64,000 nt of DNA, from positions 2,291-66,290 of the forward strand of contig CALWBE010000026.1 of assembly GCA_944375955.1 (NCBI GenBank), written 5' to 3'. The notes below the pieces were generated by a model. The model had not been told where the DNA came from. It saw only the letters and a program-made list of their open reading frames with translations, and searched no databases. The translations under genes and the position numbers were made by a program. Source of the DNA: an uncultured Clostridia bacterium (GTDB taxonomy: Bacteria > Bacillota > Clostridia > Oscillospirales > CAG-382). Positions 9,761-20,128 of this stretch are shown here, piece after piece. Every line of letters begins with the position of its first letter. The first letter of the stretch is position 1.

Positions 9761-10606
9761 ATGAGCATACGATATATGAGTAAAAAGCAAAAATGTATAA
9801 GTCTCATTGTATTTGCTGTTTTGATATGTGTTTTTCTTTTAGGGATATTTATTGTAAAAAGTCCCGGAGAAACCGAAACCATACAGGAAACAATGCGTAA
9901 CGAGGTGCTTCATGAGACTGTAAAAGTAAGTCTTTTCGGAATTAAAGATGTTAATCCGGGACTGATATCGGCATTTTGCGTAACATTTATTATTACTGTA
10001 TTCGCATTGATTGTCCGTATATTTGTCATACCGAAATTTAAGTATGTTCCCGGGAAGTTTCAGCTTATTCTGGAAGAGGCGGTGGGAACTTTTGATCGTT
10101 TGGCGCAAAGCAACAGTCCGCATAAAAACAAGTTTCTGGGGGCATATGTTTTTACAGCCGGAACCTATATTTTTATAGGAACAATTTTTGAGCTTTTCGG
10201 ATTCCAGGCAATTTCATCAAACGGAGCGTCAGCAACGCTTCCGGCGCCGCTGTCGGATATAAACGGCGCGATATGTATGGGATTTCTGTCATACGGAATC
10301 ATTTTATCCGGAGGTATAGCCACAAACGGAATTAAGGGAGTGGGAAGAACTCTGAAAGACTTTTCACTGCCGATCTCAATGAGCTTCAGACTTTTCGGAG
10401 CTTTGCTGAGCGGAGCTCTTGTAACAGAGCTGGTATATTATTATATTGGACTGAGTTTTGTACTTCCGGTAATAGTCGGAGTATTGTTTACACTGCTTCA
10501 CGCGCTTATACAGGCATATGTACTTACGATGCTGACGGCATTGTTTTACGGAGAGGTATCTGAGCCTGCAAAGCCTAAATTAAAAAACAAAAAAACAGCT
10601 AACTGA
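9761..10606 (+). CDS. atpB: F0F1 ATP synthase subunit a
   Basis: Polytopic membrane ORF at the head of the atp operon. Conserved C-terminal helix region ...[13 protein letters not shown]... with the essential Arg. The start could be the second ATG at 9776. Confidence 0.85.
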   Translation: MSIRYMSKKQKCISLIVFAVLICVFLLGIFIVKSPGETETIQETMRNEVLHETVKVSLFGIKDVNPGLISAFCVTFIITVFALIVRIFVIPKFKYVPGKFQLILEEAVGTFDRLAQSNSPHKNKFLGAYVFTAGTYIFIGTIFELFGFQAISSNGASATLPAPLSDINGAICMGFLSYGIILSGGIATNGIKGVGRTLKDFSLPISMSFRLFGALLSGALVTELVYYYIGLSFVLPVIVGVLFTLLHALIQAYVLTMLTALFYGEVSEPAKPKLKNKKTAN

Positions 10607-10622
10607 AAAGGAGATTATTATT

Positions 10623-10973
10623 ATGAAAGCTATAGTAAGACTTATGATAATTATAGGAATGGCAGCTATGCTGTTATCAATGATGGGAATGCAGGTTTTT
10701 GCAGCTGAAGGAGAAGAAGCAGCGGCAGTCAGTGTTCAGGCGGATAATGTTGTATCGGGAAAGGCTATAGCAGCGGCTATAGCGATAGGACTTGCAGCAG
10801 CGGCAGGAGCTGTAGGAATGGGAATAGCAATAGCAAAGGCAGTGGACGGAATAGCACGTCAGCCCGAAGCTGAAGGAAAGATACGTACATCCTTAATGCT
10901 TGGCCTTGTATTTATAGAGACAGCTATAATTTATGCTTTAATTGTCGCAATTCTGGTAATATTTGTATTATAA
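10623..10973 (+). CDS. atpE: F0F1 ATP synthase subunit c with a ~40-aa hydrophobic N-terminal extension
   Basis: Hairpin loop motif [10 protein letters not shown] and carboxylate helix [23 protein letters not shown] lies upstream of ATG 10623. Confidence 0.85.
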   Translation: MKAIVRLMIIIGMAAMLLSMMGMQVFAAEGEEAAAVSVQADNVVSGKAIAAAIAIGLAAAAGAVGMGIAIAKAVDGIARQPEAEGKIRTSLMLGLVFIETAIIYALIVAILVIFVL

Positions 10974-10988
10974 GGAAGGTGAAACAAT

Positions 10989-11471
10989 ATGCCGTTAAAT
11001 ATAGATTGGCAGCAAATTTTGCTGCACTTGCTTAATGTGACTTTATTGTTTGCCGTATTGTATTTTCTTTTATACAGCCCTGTAAAAAAATTCATGCAAA
11101 AGAGAGTAGAATATTACAGCGATCTTGAAAAACAGGCAAATGATAAGCTTGCTGATGCGGAAGCTATGCAGAAATCACTTCAGGAAAAGCAGGACAGCTT
11201 TGACAGAGATGCCGCCGGAAAAAGACAGCAAATAGAGGCTGAGGCATATAAAACAGCAGAAAAAACGCTGTCTGACGCAAAGAAAGAAGCGGAAAAGCTT
11301 CTGGAGCTTACCCGTATAAAAGCAGAAAAGGAAAAAGAAGAAATTATAAACGAAGCTTCCGGTCAGATCTCTGAGCTGGCAATAGAAGCGGCTAAAAAGG
11401 TGGTCATGGACAGCACATCTAACGCCTACGATAAATTTTTGGAAAGTGCTGAAGGGAGCAATCCGCAATGA
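10989..11471 (+). CDS. atpF: F0F1 ATP synthase subunit b
   Basis: Single N-terminal TM segment followed by a long charged helix (KEAEKLLELTRIKAEKEKEE). Correct operon position. Confidence 0.8.
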   Translation: MPLNIDWQQILLHLLNVTLLFAVLYFLLYSPVKKFMQKRVEYYSDLEKQANDKLADAEAMQKSLQEKQDSFDRDAAGKRQQIEAEAYKTAEKTLSDAKKEAEKLLELTRIKAEKEKEEIINEASGQISELAIEAAKKVVMDSTSNAYDKFLESAEGSNPQ

Positions 11472-13225
11472 AGGATAAAAAACTTATAAAAGAAGCCGTT
11501 CTTTATTCCTCAGTCGAACCGGACAGCACGCAGCAAAAGCGTTTCCGTGATTTTATTGCTGCAAAATACGGTCCCGATATTCAGCTTATATGGAAAAAAG
11601 ACGGCAAGTATCCAAACGGATTCCGCCTTGAGGTTGAAAGCGACGTTTATGACTGGAGTATAGAGGGGCGTTTTGAGCAGCTTAAGCAAATGCTTAAAAA
11701 TTCAGCTTCTGACGGTTCGGACAGCATTCCTCTGATGAAAGAAAATATACGTTCATGGACTCCCGAAGCGCTTGCGAGGGAAGTCGGAACTGTTTTGACA
11801 GTAGGTGACGGAATTGCCACAGTAGGAGGCTTGCCTAATGCCACATACGGAGAAATTTTAATTTTTGACGGCGGTGTCCGCGGAATGATTCAGAATCTTA
11901 CCGAAACCGAAGCCGGCTGTATACTTTTTGACGACGACGGACAGATAAGTTCCGGAAGTAAAGTCGTCAGAACAGGGAAAAGAGCCGGAATTCCGGTCGG
12001 AGAAGGTTTTCTCGGCCGTGTAGTTAATTCGCTTGGAGTTCCGATAGATAAAAAAGGCGAGATACCTGCTTCGGAATATTATCCGATAGAAAGACCCGCA
12101 CCCGCGATTATTGACCGTCAGCCGGTCAACTGTCCTCTTAAAACGGGTATTATGGCGATAGATTCCATGTTTCCGATAGGACGAGGTCAGCGTGAACTTA
12201 TTATCGGTGACCGTCAGACCGGAAAATCCTCTATCGCGATAGATACTATTCTAAATCAGAAGGGCAAAAATGTTATCTGCATTTATGTTTCTATCGGTCA
12301 GAAATCAAGCTCGGTTGCAAAATTTGTCCGCGATCTTGAGGAAAAAGGAGCAATGGAATATACTATTGTGCTTCACGCTTCAGCAAGTGATACCGCGCCT
12401 ATGCAGTATATAGCTCCGTATGCGGGCACATCTATCGGCGAATATTTTATGCAGCAGGGTAAAGATGTTTTAATAGTTTACGACGATCTGACAAAACATG
12501 CCGTAGCTTACCGATCAATAAGTCTTTTGCTCGGACGTTCTCCAGGACGTGAAGCTTATCCCGGAGACGTATTTTATCTGCACTCACGTCTTTTGGAGAG
12601 ATCTGCGCATTTGAGCGATGAAAAAGGCGGCGGAAGCATGACTGCTTTGCCGATAGTTGAAACGCAGGCAGGAGACGTATCAGCGTATATTCCTACAAAT
12701 ATAATTTCAATAACCGACGGTCAGATATTTCTCGAGAGCGAATTGTTTTTTGCAGGTCAGCGTCCGGCTGTCAATGTAGGTCTTTCGGTATCCCGTGTCG
12801 GCGGAGATGCTCAGACTAAAGCTATGAAATCCGCTGCCGGAACACTTCGTCTCGAACTTGCTCAGTACCGTGAAATGAAAATGTTTACTCAGTTTGCCAG
12901 TGATCTTGATGATGAAACCAAAAAACAGCTGGCTTTTGGCGAAACCTTAATGCATGTTCTGCGTCAGGCACAGGGTGAATCAAGACAGCAATACGAACAG
13001 GTAATAATATTGACTGCAGTTCTTGCAAAAACTTTAACCCCGGTTAAACTTAATGATATTCGTGATTTTGTGGGGAAAATGCTTGATCATTTCCGCAAAA
13101 ATCACGCTGCTATATGCGACAGAATAGAAAAAACAGGTGTTCTTTCCCCGGAAGATAGATCGGATATTATTGAAATAGCCTCAAAATTTGTCAGTGAGAA
13201 TGCTGAGATTGAAACGGAGCTGTGA
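11468..13225 (+). CDS. atpA: F0F1 ATP synthase subunit alpha with an N-terminal delta (OSCP) C-terminal-domain-like extension
   Basis: Alpha motifs GDRQTGKS (Walker A) and VGDGIATVGGL. The alpha-like sequence starts at about residue 90. Residues 1-78 resemble the C-terminal half of subunit delta (NGFRLEVESDVYDWSIEGRFEQLKQML). 585 aa against the usual ~500. Confidence 0.9.
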   Translation: MKDKKLIKEAVLYSSVEPDSTQQKRFRDFIAAKYGPDIQLIWKKDGKYPNGFRLEVESDVYDWSIEGRFEQLKQMLKNSASDGSDSIPLMKENIRSWTPEALAREVGTVLTVGDGIATVGGLPNATYGEILIFDGGVRGMIQNLTETEAGCILFDDDGQISSGSKVVRTGKRAGIPVGEGFLGRVVNSLGVPIDKKGEIPASEYYPIERPAPAIIDRQPVNCPLKTGIMAIDSMFPIGRGQRELIIGDRQTGKSSIAIDTILNQKGKNVICIYVSIGQKSSSVAKFVRDLEEKGAMEYTIVLHASASDTAPMQYIAPYAGTSIGEYFMQQGKDVLIVYDDLTKHAVAYRSISLLLGRSPGREAYPGDVFYLHSRLLERSAHLSDEKGGGSMTALPIVETQAGDVSAYIPTNIISITDGQIFLESELFFAGQRPAVNVGLSVSRVGGDAQTKAMKSAAGTLRLELAQYREMKMFTQFASDLDDETKKQLAFGETLMHVLRQAQGESRQQYEQVIILTAVLAKTLTPVKLNDIRDFVGKMLDHFRKNHAAICDRIEKTGVLSPEDRSDIIEIASKFVSENAEIETEL

Positions 13226-13228
13226 TTT

Positions 13229-14149
13229 ATGTCTGGTATCAAGGAAATAAAAAACAGAATCGACGGAGTTGAAGAAACTCAGAAAATCACTAATGCCATG
13301 TATCTTATTGCGTCTGCAAAATTGAGGAGAGCGAAGGAAGACTGGGATAAGACTGAACCTTATTTCAGAATGATACGCGGAGAGATAAAAAGGATTTTCA
13401 GAACGGTCGGAGAGATAGACAGCCCTTATTTTTATCCATCCCCCGACGATCATCTTGATACGGGCACATACGGATATTTGATAATCACGGCGGATAAAGG
13501 TATGGCGGGCGCATACAATCACAATATAATCAAACAGATGGTGCAAATGATAAACGATCACCCTGACAGCAAGCTTTTTGTTGTCGGAGAATACGGAAGG
13601 CATTACTGCAAATCTCATAATATACCGATAGAAAAAAGTTTTATGTATACGGCTCAGAATCCGACTCTGCACCGCGCAAGAGAAATATCTGATTCTTTGC
13701 TTACAGCTTATAATGAGGAAAGACTGAAAAAAATATTTGTCGTATATACAGATTATACTCATAAGGGCGAACCTAATGTGTGTTCGACAAGAATACTTCC
13801 GTTTCATCACATGCAATTTGTTACTCCTACGGATGAAAAAACAGTAGATATTCCTTTTTCATTTGAGCCTTCTGTCGAAAAAATACTTGAAAATATGGTA
13901 AGCAGCTATGTTACAGGTTTTATTTACAGCGCCCTGACCGACAGTTTTTGCTGTGAACAGAACGCCCGTATGGTCGCTATGGATTCCGCTAACAGGAATG
14001 CTCAGAAAATATTGGAGGAGCTTTCAGTCAAATATCATCAGATGAGACAGGGGGAGATAACTCAGGAAATATCTGAGATTTCGGGCGGAGCTAATTATCA
14101 TAAAAGAATAGCTGAAAAACATAAAAAAGAAACGGGGGTGAACGGCTGA
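13229..14149 (+). CDS. atpG: F0F1 ATP synthase subunit gamma
   Basis: N-terminal IKNRIDGVEETQKITNAMYLIASAKLRRA and C-terminal ITQEISEISGGA, typical of gamma. Confidence 0.9.
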   Translation: MSGIKEIKNRIDGVEETQKITNAMYLIASAKLRRAKEDWDKTEPYFRMIRGEIKRIFRTVGEIDSPYFYPSPDDHLDTGTYGYLIITADKGMAGAYNHNIIKQMVQMINDHPDSKLFVVGEYGRHYCKSHNIPIEKSFMYTAQNPTLHRAREISDSLLTAYNEERLKKIFVVYTDYTHKGEPNVCSTRILPFHHMQFVTPTDEKTVDIPFSFEPSVEKILENMVSSYVTGFIYSALTDSFCCEQNARMVAMDSANRNAQKILEELSVKYHQMRQGEITQEISEISGGANYHKRIAEKHKKETGVNG

Positions 14150-15568
<1,419 letters not shown>

Positions 15569-15571
15569 GCC

Positions 15572-15985
15572 ATGACTGAATTTTCTCTGGAAATACTCGC
15601 AATAGAAAAGACCGTTTACAAAGGCACTTGCAGTTCGCTTGTCATTCCGGCTACCGACGGTCAGTACGGAATACTTCCGCATCATCAAAACACTATTATG
15701 GCAATAGTTCCGGGAATTTTGCGTTTCACCGTCAATGGCGGAGAAGAGTTTGTTTTTGTTGTATCTACCGGCTTGGTTAAAATAGAAAACAACGATGTGC
15801 TTGTACTTGTTGAAACTGCCGAAAGGCCGGAGGATATAGACGCTCTGCGTGCGGAACGCGCTGCAGAAGAAGCGAAAGAGGAAATTATTTTGAAGCGCAG
15901 CGTACAGGAACGCCGTTCGGCTGAGCTGAAGCTTGCAAGAGCTCTGACAAGAATGAGAGCAAAGGAAAATATCAACAATACTTAG
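15572..15985 (+). CDS. atpC: F0F1 ATP synthase subunit epsilon
   Basis: 137 aa at the last operon position, with a beta-sandwich N-terminus and a helical C-terminus (RAERAAEEAKEE). Confidence 0.9.
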   Translation: MTEFSLEILAIEKTVYKGTCSSLVIPATDGQYGILPHHQNTIMAIVPGILRFTVNGGEEFVFVVSTGLVKIENNDVLVLVETAERPEDIDALRAERAAEEAKEEIILKRSVQERRSAELKLARALTRMRAKENINNT

Positions 15986-16020
15986 TTTTTTATAAATATA
16001 ATACAATTTACAAAAAGGTT

Positions 16021-16084
16021 AAGACCTGCGTTTTTACATGAATGGCTTTTAAAAGCTATCCTTTACGCAGGTCTTTTAAATTTT
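16021..16084. terminator. Long hairpin between the convergent atpC and flippase genes (putative bidirectional terminator)
   Basis: AAGACCTGCGT (16021-16031) pairs with ACGCAGGTCTT (16065-16075). Loop ~33 nt, T-rich tail. Confidence 0.5.
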
Positions 16085-16095
16085 ACGTATAATTG

Positions 16096-17664
16096 TCAAA
16101 ATCTTTTATTAGTTTTTACTATGTTTGCAGATCCTTTTCTGCGTGATATAATTCTTGATATCGCATTTTTCATGTCCTTTGAAGATGCAAATGCCGCAAT
16201 TGAAAAAAGCAGAGGAACAGTTATGCAAACGGCGGCGCGAATCGAGAACGAAGGGATATAACGGCAGAGCGAATATGAGCATGCACATGAAAAGACAGAA
16301 GTTATCCCGTATTTTAAAAGCTTAGCGTAGTATGGGAGAACCGACCGTGAAAATCCGTATTTGTAAAGAATATAAGGTTCATACCAAAGACATATGATAA
16401 ATGATGTCAGCATCTGACCTAAATATATTCCGCCAAGCCCAATTTTTTTGCCGAAATACGCGGAAAACCCGAGAGAGCATATAAGTTCGAGAAAAGGTTT
16501 TATACGCTCTTTGCGGTATAAACCGTATCCATCCCGAAAAATCATAACAGTACGTCTCAGCCCGTTTACGAAAAAATGCATCGCCAGTATACACGATACC
16601 TGCATAGGAAGTGCAAGACTGCTTCCAAGCCATACTGTTATTATATCTCCTGACATTACAAACAGTACTGAAGTACATATATTTACTAAAATAAAAGACG
16701 CAAGCCCTGTCATTCCGAAAACTTCTTCCGCCCTCTTTACAGAAGCGGCTGCTCCCAGATTCCCCACGCTTGCCGACAATGCGCCTATAAGTGTTACCGA
16801 AAGCATCGACGCATAGCTCAATAGCATATTATAGTTTGAATATATGCCGTTTGCTGCAACTCCAAAAAGATATACTACTATAAAGTTGTCTGCTGTACGC
16901 AAAAGAGTTCCGCCTATATTTGATGGCTGCAAAAACAATATTTCCCGTCTCAGCGAACGCATATATTTTTTATCTTCAGGAGGTTTCCCCCTAAATGAAA
17001 TTTCAGGATAAAGACGTCTTATATATGATATTAGAAAAATATCTTCCGTGACGCACAAAAGTGTATGCACAGAAAGATATACTATATAATTCTTTGTCAA
17101 AAGCAAAGCTGCGCTTTCAAACAATACTGTTATTGCTCCGAAAAAATAGGAAAATATCTGACTGATATAGTTTTTCTGATCTGCGAATACCAGCAGTTTT
17201 TCGCTTGAAAAAAGATAACCTATTGAATTTGACAATAGATATATAAAAAACACCGAGTAAAGAGTCTTTGTATCTCTGAAATCTTCAACCATGTTCGGAA
17301 GATACGGCATTAAGAATAGACCTGCCGCCATCGTAATTGAGGCAGATATAAAACACAGCTTTCTGTAACAGGCAAGATATGCCGATACCGAATAATAGTC
17401 TTTTTGTGCAAGCGGTTTATACAGACGGTATATCGCTGCAGATGATGCTCCGAAATCAAGCAGCGAAAGCACAGCGGTCATATTTCCGATAAGACTGCCT
17501 AATCCTACAAATTCTTTGCCTAATACAAGCACAAAGACTTTTCTTGAAAAAAAACTCAGAATTAGATTTATAAATATTCCTGCAACCGATGCCCTCAGGT
17601 TTTTTGCCGCGGCGTCAGTGCGGGTTATGTCTTTTTTTTCATATATGCGCGGCTGTGTTGCCAT
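16096..17664 (-). CDS. Wzx-like oligosaccharide/polysaccharide flippase (MOP superfamily)
   Basis: 522 aa with about 12-14 TM segments. N-terminus typical of polysaccharide biosynthesis proteins (NLRASVAGIFINLILSFFSRKVFVLVLGKEFVGL). Confidence 0.7.
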   Translation of the reverse strand: MATQPRIYEKKDITRTDAAAKNLRASVAGIFINLILSFFSRKVFVLVLGKEFVGLGSLIGNMTAVLSLLDFGASSAAIYRLYKPLAQKDYYSVSAYLACYRKLCFISASITMAAGLFLMPYLPNMVEDFRDTKTLYSVFFIYLLSNSIGYLFSSEKLLVFADQKNYISQIFSYFFGAITVLFESAALLLTKNYIVYLSVHTLLCVTEDIFLISYIRRLYPEISFRGKPPEDKKYMRSLRREILFLQPSNIGGTLLRTADNFIVVYLFGVAANGIYSNYNMLLSYASMLSVTLIGALSASVGNLGAAASVKRAEEVFGMTGLASFILVNICTSVLFVMSGDIITVWLGSSLALPMQVSCILAMHFFVNGLRRTVMIFRDGYGLYRKERIKPFLELICSLGFSAYFGKKIGLGGIYLGQMLTSFIICLWYEPYILYKYGFSRSVLPYYAKLLKYGITSVFSCACSYSLCRYIPSFSIRAAVCITVPLLFSIAAFASSKDMKNAISRIISRRKGSANIVKTNKRF

Positions 17665-17934
17665 TTCCCCTAATTTCCCTCCCGCGTTCTGCCGTACATT
17701 TTATTCTATTTTTGTTTGCCGGAAAATATGTATACTTATATATTACTTGCCTTTCTGCTTGGTCATATAACAATTGTACTAATTAAGATACTTACTTGTT
17801 TATCCAGTATTCTTCATATGTCATATTTACGGTTTGTCAATGGTAATTTTTAACAAATTTTTCAAATTATTCCCATTTTTTTAATAAGCATATTGTGCAT
17901 ATACACAAAAATTAGAACTTGTGTTCGATTTTCC

Positions 17935-17963
17935 TTGACTTTTTGTTAAAAATATAGTATAAT
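17935..17963 (+). promoter_or_regulatory. Near-consensus sigma-A type promoter upstream of the capsid module
   Basis: TTGACT (17935-17940), 17-nt spacer, TATAAT (17958-17963). Confidence 0.6.
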
Positions 17964-17971
17964 TATGGCAC

Positions 17972-18014
17972 AACAGCAGAACAAAAGTTCTCATATTTGC
18001 TCTGCTGTTTTTTT
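17972..18014 (+). terminator. Intrinsic-terminator-like hairpin in the 5' leader of the capsid module
   Basis: AACAGCAGA (17972-17980) pairs with TCTGCTGTT (18001-18009), with an inner CAAA/TTTG extension and a 10-nt loop. Seven consecutive T at 18008-18014. No upstream + strand gene for it to terminate. Confidence 0.55.
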
Positions 18015-18066
18015 GAGACGTATAAAGAACAAATGTTCAATAATTACAACGGAGGTGTATGACAGC

Positions 18067-18315
18067 ATGAGAGAAGAAAGTTTTTCCTGCGGAGAGAGGG
18101 AAATATTGAGAGAAGAGGAGTTTATTGACGGGCTGTATTGTTTTGACGACAGCCGCGACCGTGAAAAGTGCATGTACTGCGGATATGACATATTAGAAGG
18201 GGAGGAAGCGGTAAAAGTATATTCTACTGGAGATATTATACACAGAAAATGCTGGATAGACTATGCGGAGGATAATATAGAAGAACTTTGTCTGCCGCTC
18301 GGAGAACGAATATAG
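18067..18315 (+). CDS. Small acidic Cys/His-rich protein (CxxC...HxxC, zinc-ribbon-like), function unknown
   Basis: ORF 17965..18315. Start moved to ATG 18067, 11 nt after GGAGG at 18051-18055. Motifs CMYCG and HRKC. Confidence 0.45.
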   Translation: MREESFSCGEREILREEEFIDGLYCFDDSRDREKCMYCGYDILEGEEAVKVYSTGDIIHRKCWIDYAEDNIEELCLPLGERI

Positions 18316-18334
18316 ATGAGACGAGGGGGAGAAA

Positions 18335-18730
18335 ATGATGGTGAATTACCGTACAAAAAAGGGCAGAGAATTTTTAGAGCTTAAAATAAAAGAATATTTT
18401 GAACTATGCGACAAAAAAAACGCTGAAGATGAGAAAGAAAAGAAATCAGTAAAGCCGTATACACTTACAGGGCTGCTGTATCATCTTGATATGAGTGCGG
18501 ACGAGCTTGAGGAACTGTCAAAAAGCAGAAAGCTGTCGCGCACAATAGGAAGCGCGAAAAGAAAAATAGAAGCTTATATTGAGGAGAACGCATTAAACGG
18601 ACGTCTTTCGCCGACAGCAGCGATAAACAGTTTAAAAGAGCACTTCGGGTGGAATGAGAAGAACGGCGGAATTATGTATGACAGGCTGTCGGTAGAGCTT
18701 TCAGATGAAGTGAAAGAGCTTGGAGCATGA
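18335..18730 (+). CDS. terS: Phage terminase small subunit (candidate)
   Basis: 131 aa immediately upstream of TerL, overlapping it. The segment KPYTLTGLLYHLDMSADELEE resembles the HTH region of small terminases. Confidence 0.6.
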   Translation: MMVNYRTKKGREFLELKIKEYFELCDKKNAEDEKEKKSVKPYTLTGLLYHLDMSADELEELSKSRKLSRTIGSAKRKIEAYIEENALNGRLSPTAAINSLKEHFGWNEKNGGIMYDRLSVELSDEVKELGA

Positions 18731-20061
18731 GTGCTAAGAAAAAGAAGCTTGTACTTAAAGGAAGTCCGCAGGAACGTCAAAAGCAGTTTTTTCGGGCATC
18801 TGAAAAATATGTAGCTTACGGAGGGGCTCGCGGCGGAGGTAAAAGCTGGGCGCTCAGGCGAAAAGCGGTTCTTATGTGTCTTAGATATAAAGGATTATCG
18901 GTGCTGATTGTGAGAAAAAGCTATGCTGAGCTTATGGAAAATCATATAAGGCCTCTTCGCGCGGAACTTGGAGATGCGGTAAAGTATACCGATTCACGAA
19001 AAACCTTTGAGTTTCCAAACGGATCGAGAATAAAAATGGGCTACTGCGACGCAGAATCGGACGTTGACAGATATCAGGGGCAGGAATTTGACATAATAGC
19101 ACTTGACGAAGCCACACAGCTTACCGAGTATCAGTTTCAGACATTTAAAGCCTGTCTGCGAGGTGCAAACGAATTTCCAAAGAGAATGTACATAACCTGC
19201 AATCCCGGCGGTATAGGACATGGGTGGGTAAAGCGGCTGTTTATCGACCGGGAATACCGTAGCGGAGAAAACGCGTCGGATTATAAATTTATTCCGGCAA
19301 GTGTATATGACAATAAAATTCTTTTAAAATATGACCCGGATTATCTACGCAGACTTGAAAGTTTGCCTCCGGCGCTTCGTGACGCATGGCTGTACGGAAA
19401 ATGGGACGCATTTGCAGGCCAATTTTTTCCTGAATTTGATATGGCGATGCACACAGTCGAGTCTTTTATTCCCGACAGTTCGTTCTCAAAATACTGCGCG
19501 ATAGACTACGGCCTTGATATGCTTGCCGCTGTTTTTGTAGCGCTATCCCCGGACGGCAGCGCTATTGTATATGATGAGGTTTATGAAAGCGGGCTTATAG
19601 TAAGCGAGGCGGCAAAACGCATTTTAGAAAAATCCAACGGGGTATGTCAGTTTATTGCCCCTTCCGATTTATGGAACAGACAAAAGGATTCCGGCAAAAG
19701 CATATACGAGCTTTTTGCTGAAAACGGAGTTTTCCTGACAAGGATAAATCCCGAAAGAATACAGGGCTGGCTTTGTCTTAAAGAATGGCTTAAGCCTTAT
19801 GAAAAAGACGGCAAAAGGGACAGCCGCATGAAAATCTGCCGTAACTGTACAAATTTGATACGCTGTCTCCCTCAGCTTTTGTACGATGAGAGAAATCCCG
19901 GGGATGCCTCTACTAAGCCTCATGAAATAACCCATGCTCCCGACGCTTTAAGATATTTCGCGTCTTCAAGGGCATTTTTTAAATCTTTTTCGAAAGGTAC
20001 CGATAAACAGGTTAAGCTTGCGGAAAAGCTTAAAAAACATTCATATAAGATAAATAAATAG
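18727..20061 (+). CDS. terL: Phage terminase large subunit
   Basis: Walker A GGARGGGKSWA and Walker B DIIALDEAT, with a C-terminal nuclease-like half. ATGA overlap with the preceding ORF. Confidence 0.9.
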   Translation: MSAKKKKLVLKGSPQERQKQFFRASEKYVAYGGARGGGKSWALRRKAVLMCLRYKGLSVLIVRKSYAELMENHIRPLRAELGDAVKYTDSRKTFEFPNGSRIKMGYCDAESDVDRYQGQEFDIIALDEATQLTEYQFQTFKACLRGANEFPKRMYITCNPGGIGHGWVKRLFIDREYRSGENASDYKFIPASVYDNKILLKYDPDYLRRLESLPPALRDAWLYGKWDAFAGQFFPEFDMAMHTVESFIPDSSFSKYCAIDYGLDMLAAVFVALSPDGSAIVYDEVYESGLIVSEAAKRILEKSNGVCQFIAPSDLWNRQKDSGKSIYELFAENGVFLTRINPERIQGWLCLKEWLKPYEKDGKRDSRMKICRNCTNLIRCLPQLLYDERNPGDASTKPHEITHAPDALRYFASSRAFFKSFSKGTDKQVKLAEKLKKHSYKINK

Positions 20062-20128
20062 TCAGTTCAGGTAATCGTATATATTAAATCTGTCCGAAGT
20101 TATACAAAATTATGTTGAAAAGGAGCAT

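Noticed and set aside
17965-18066. Upstream ATG (17965) of the first ORF of the capsid module
   Set aside because: This start sits 2 nt after the -10 box, and its first 50 nt are the terminator hairpin. The ATG at 18067 has a GGAGG SD, so the shorter ORF is preferred.
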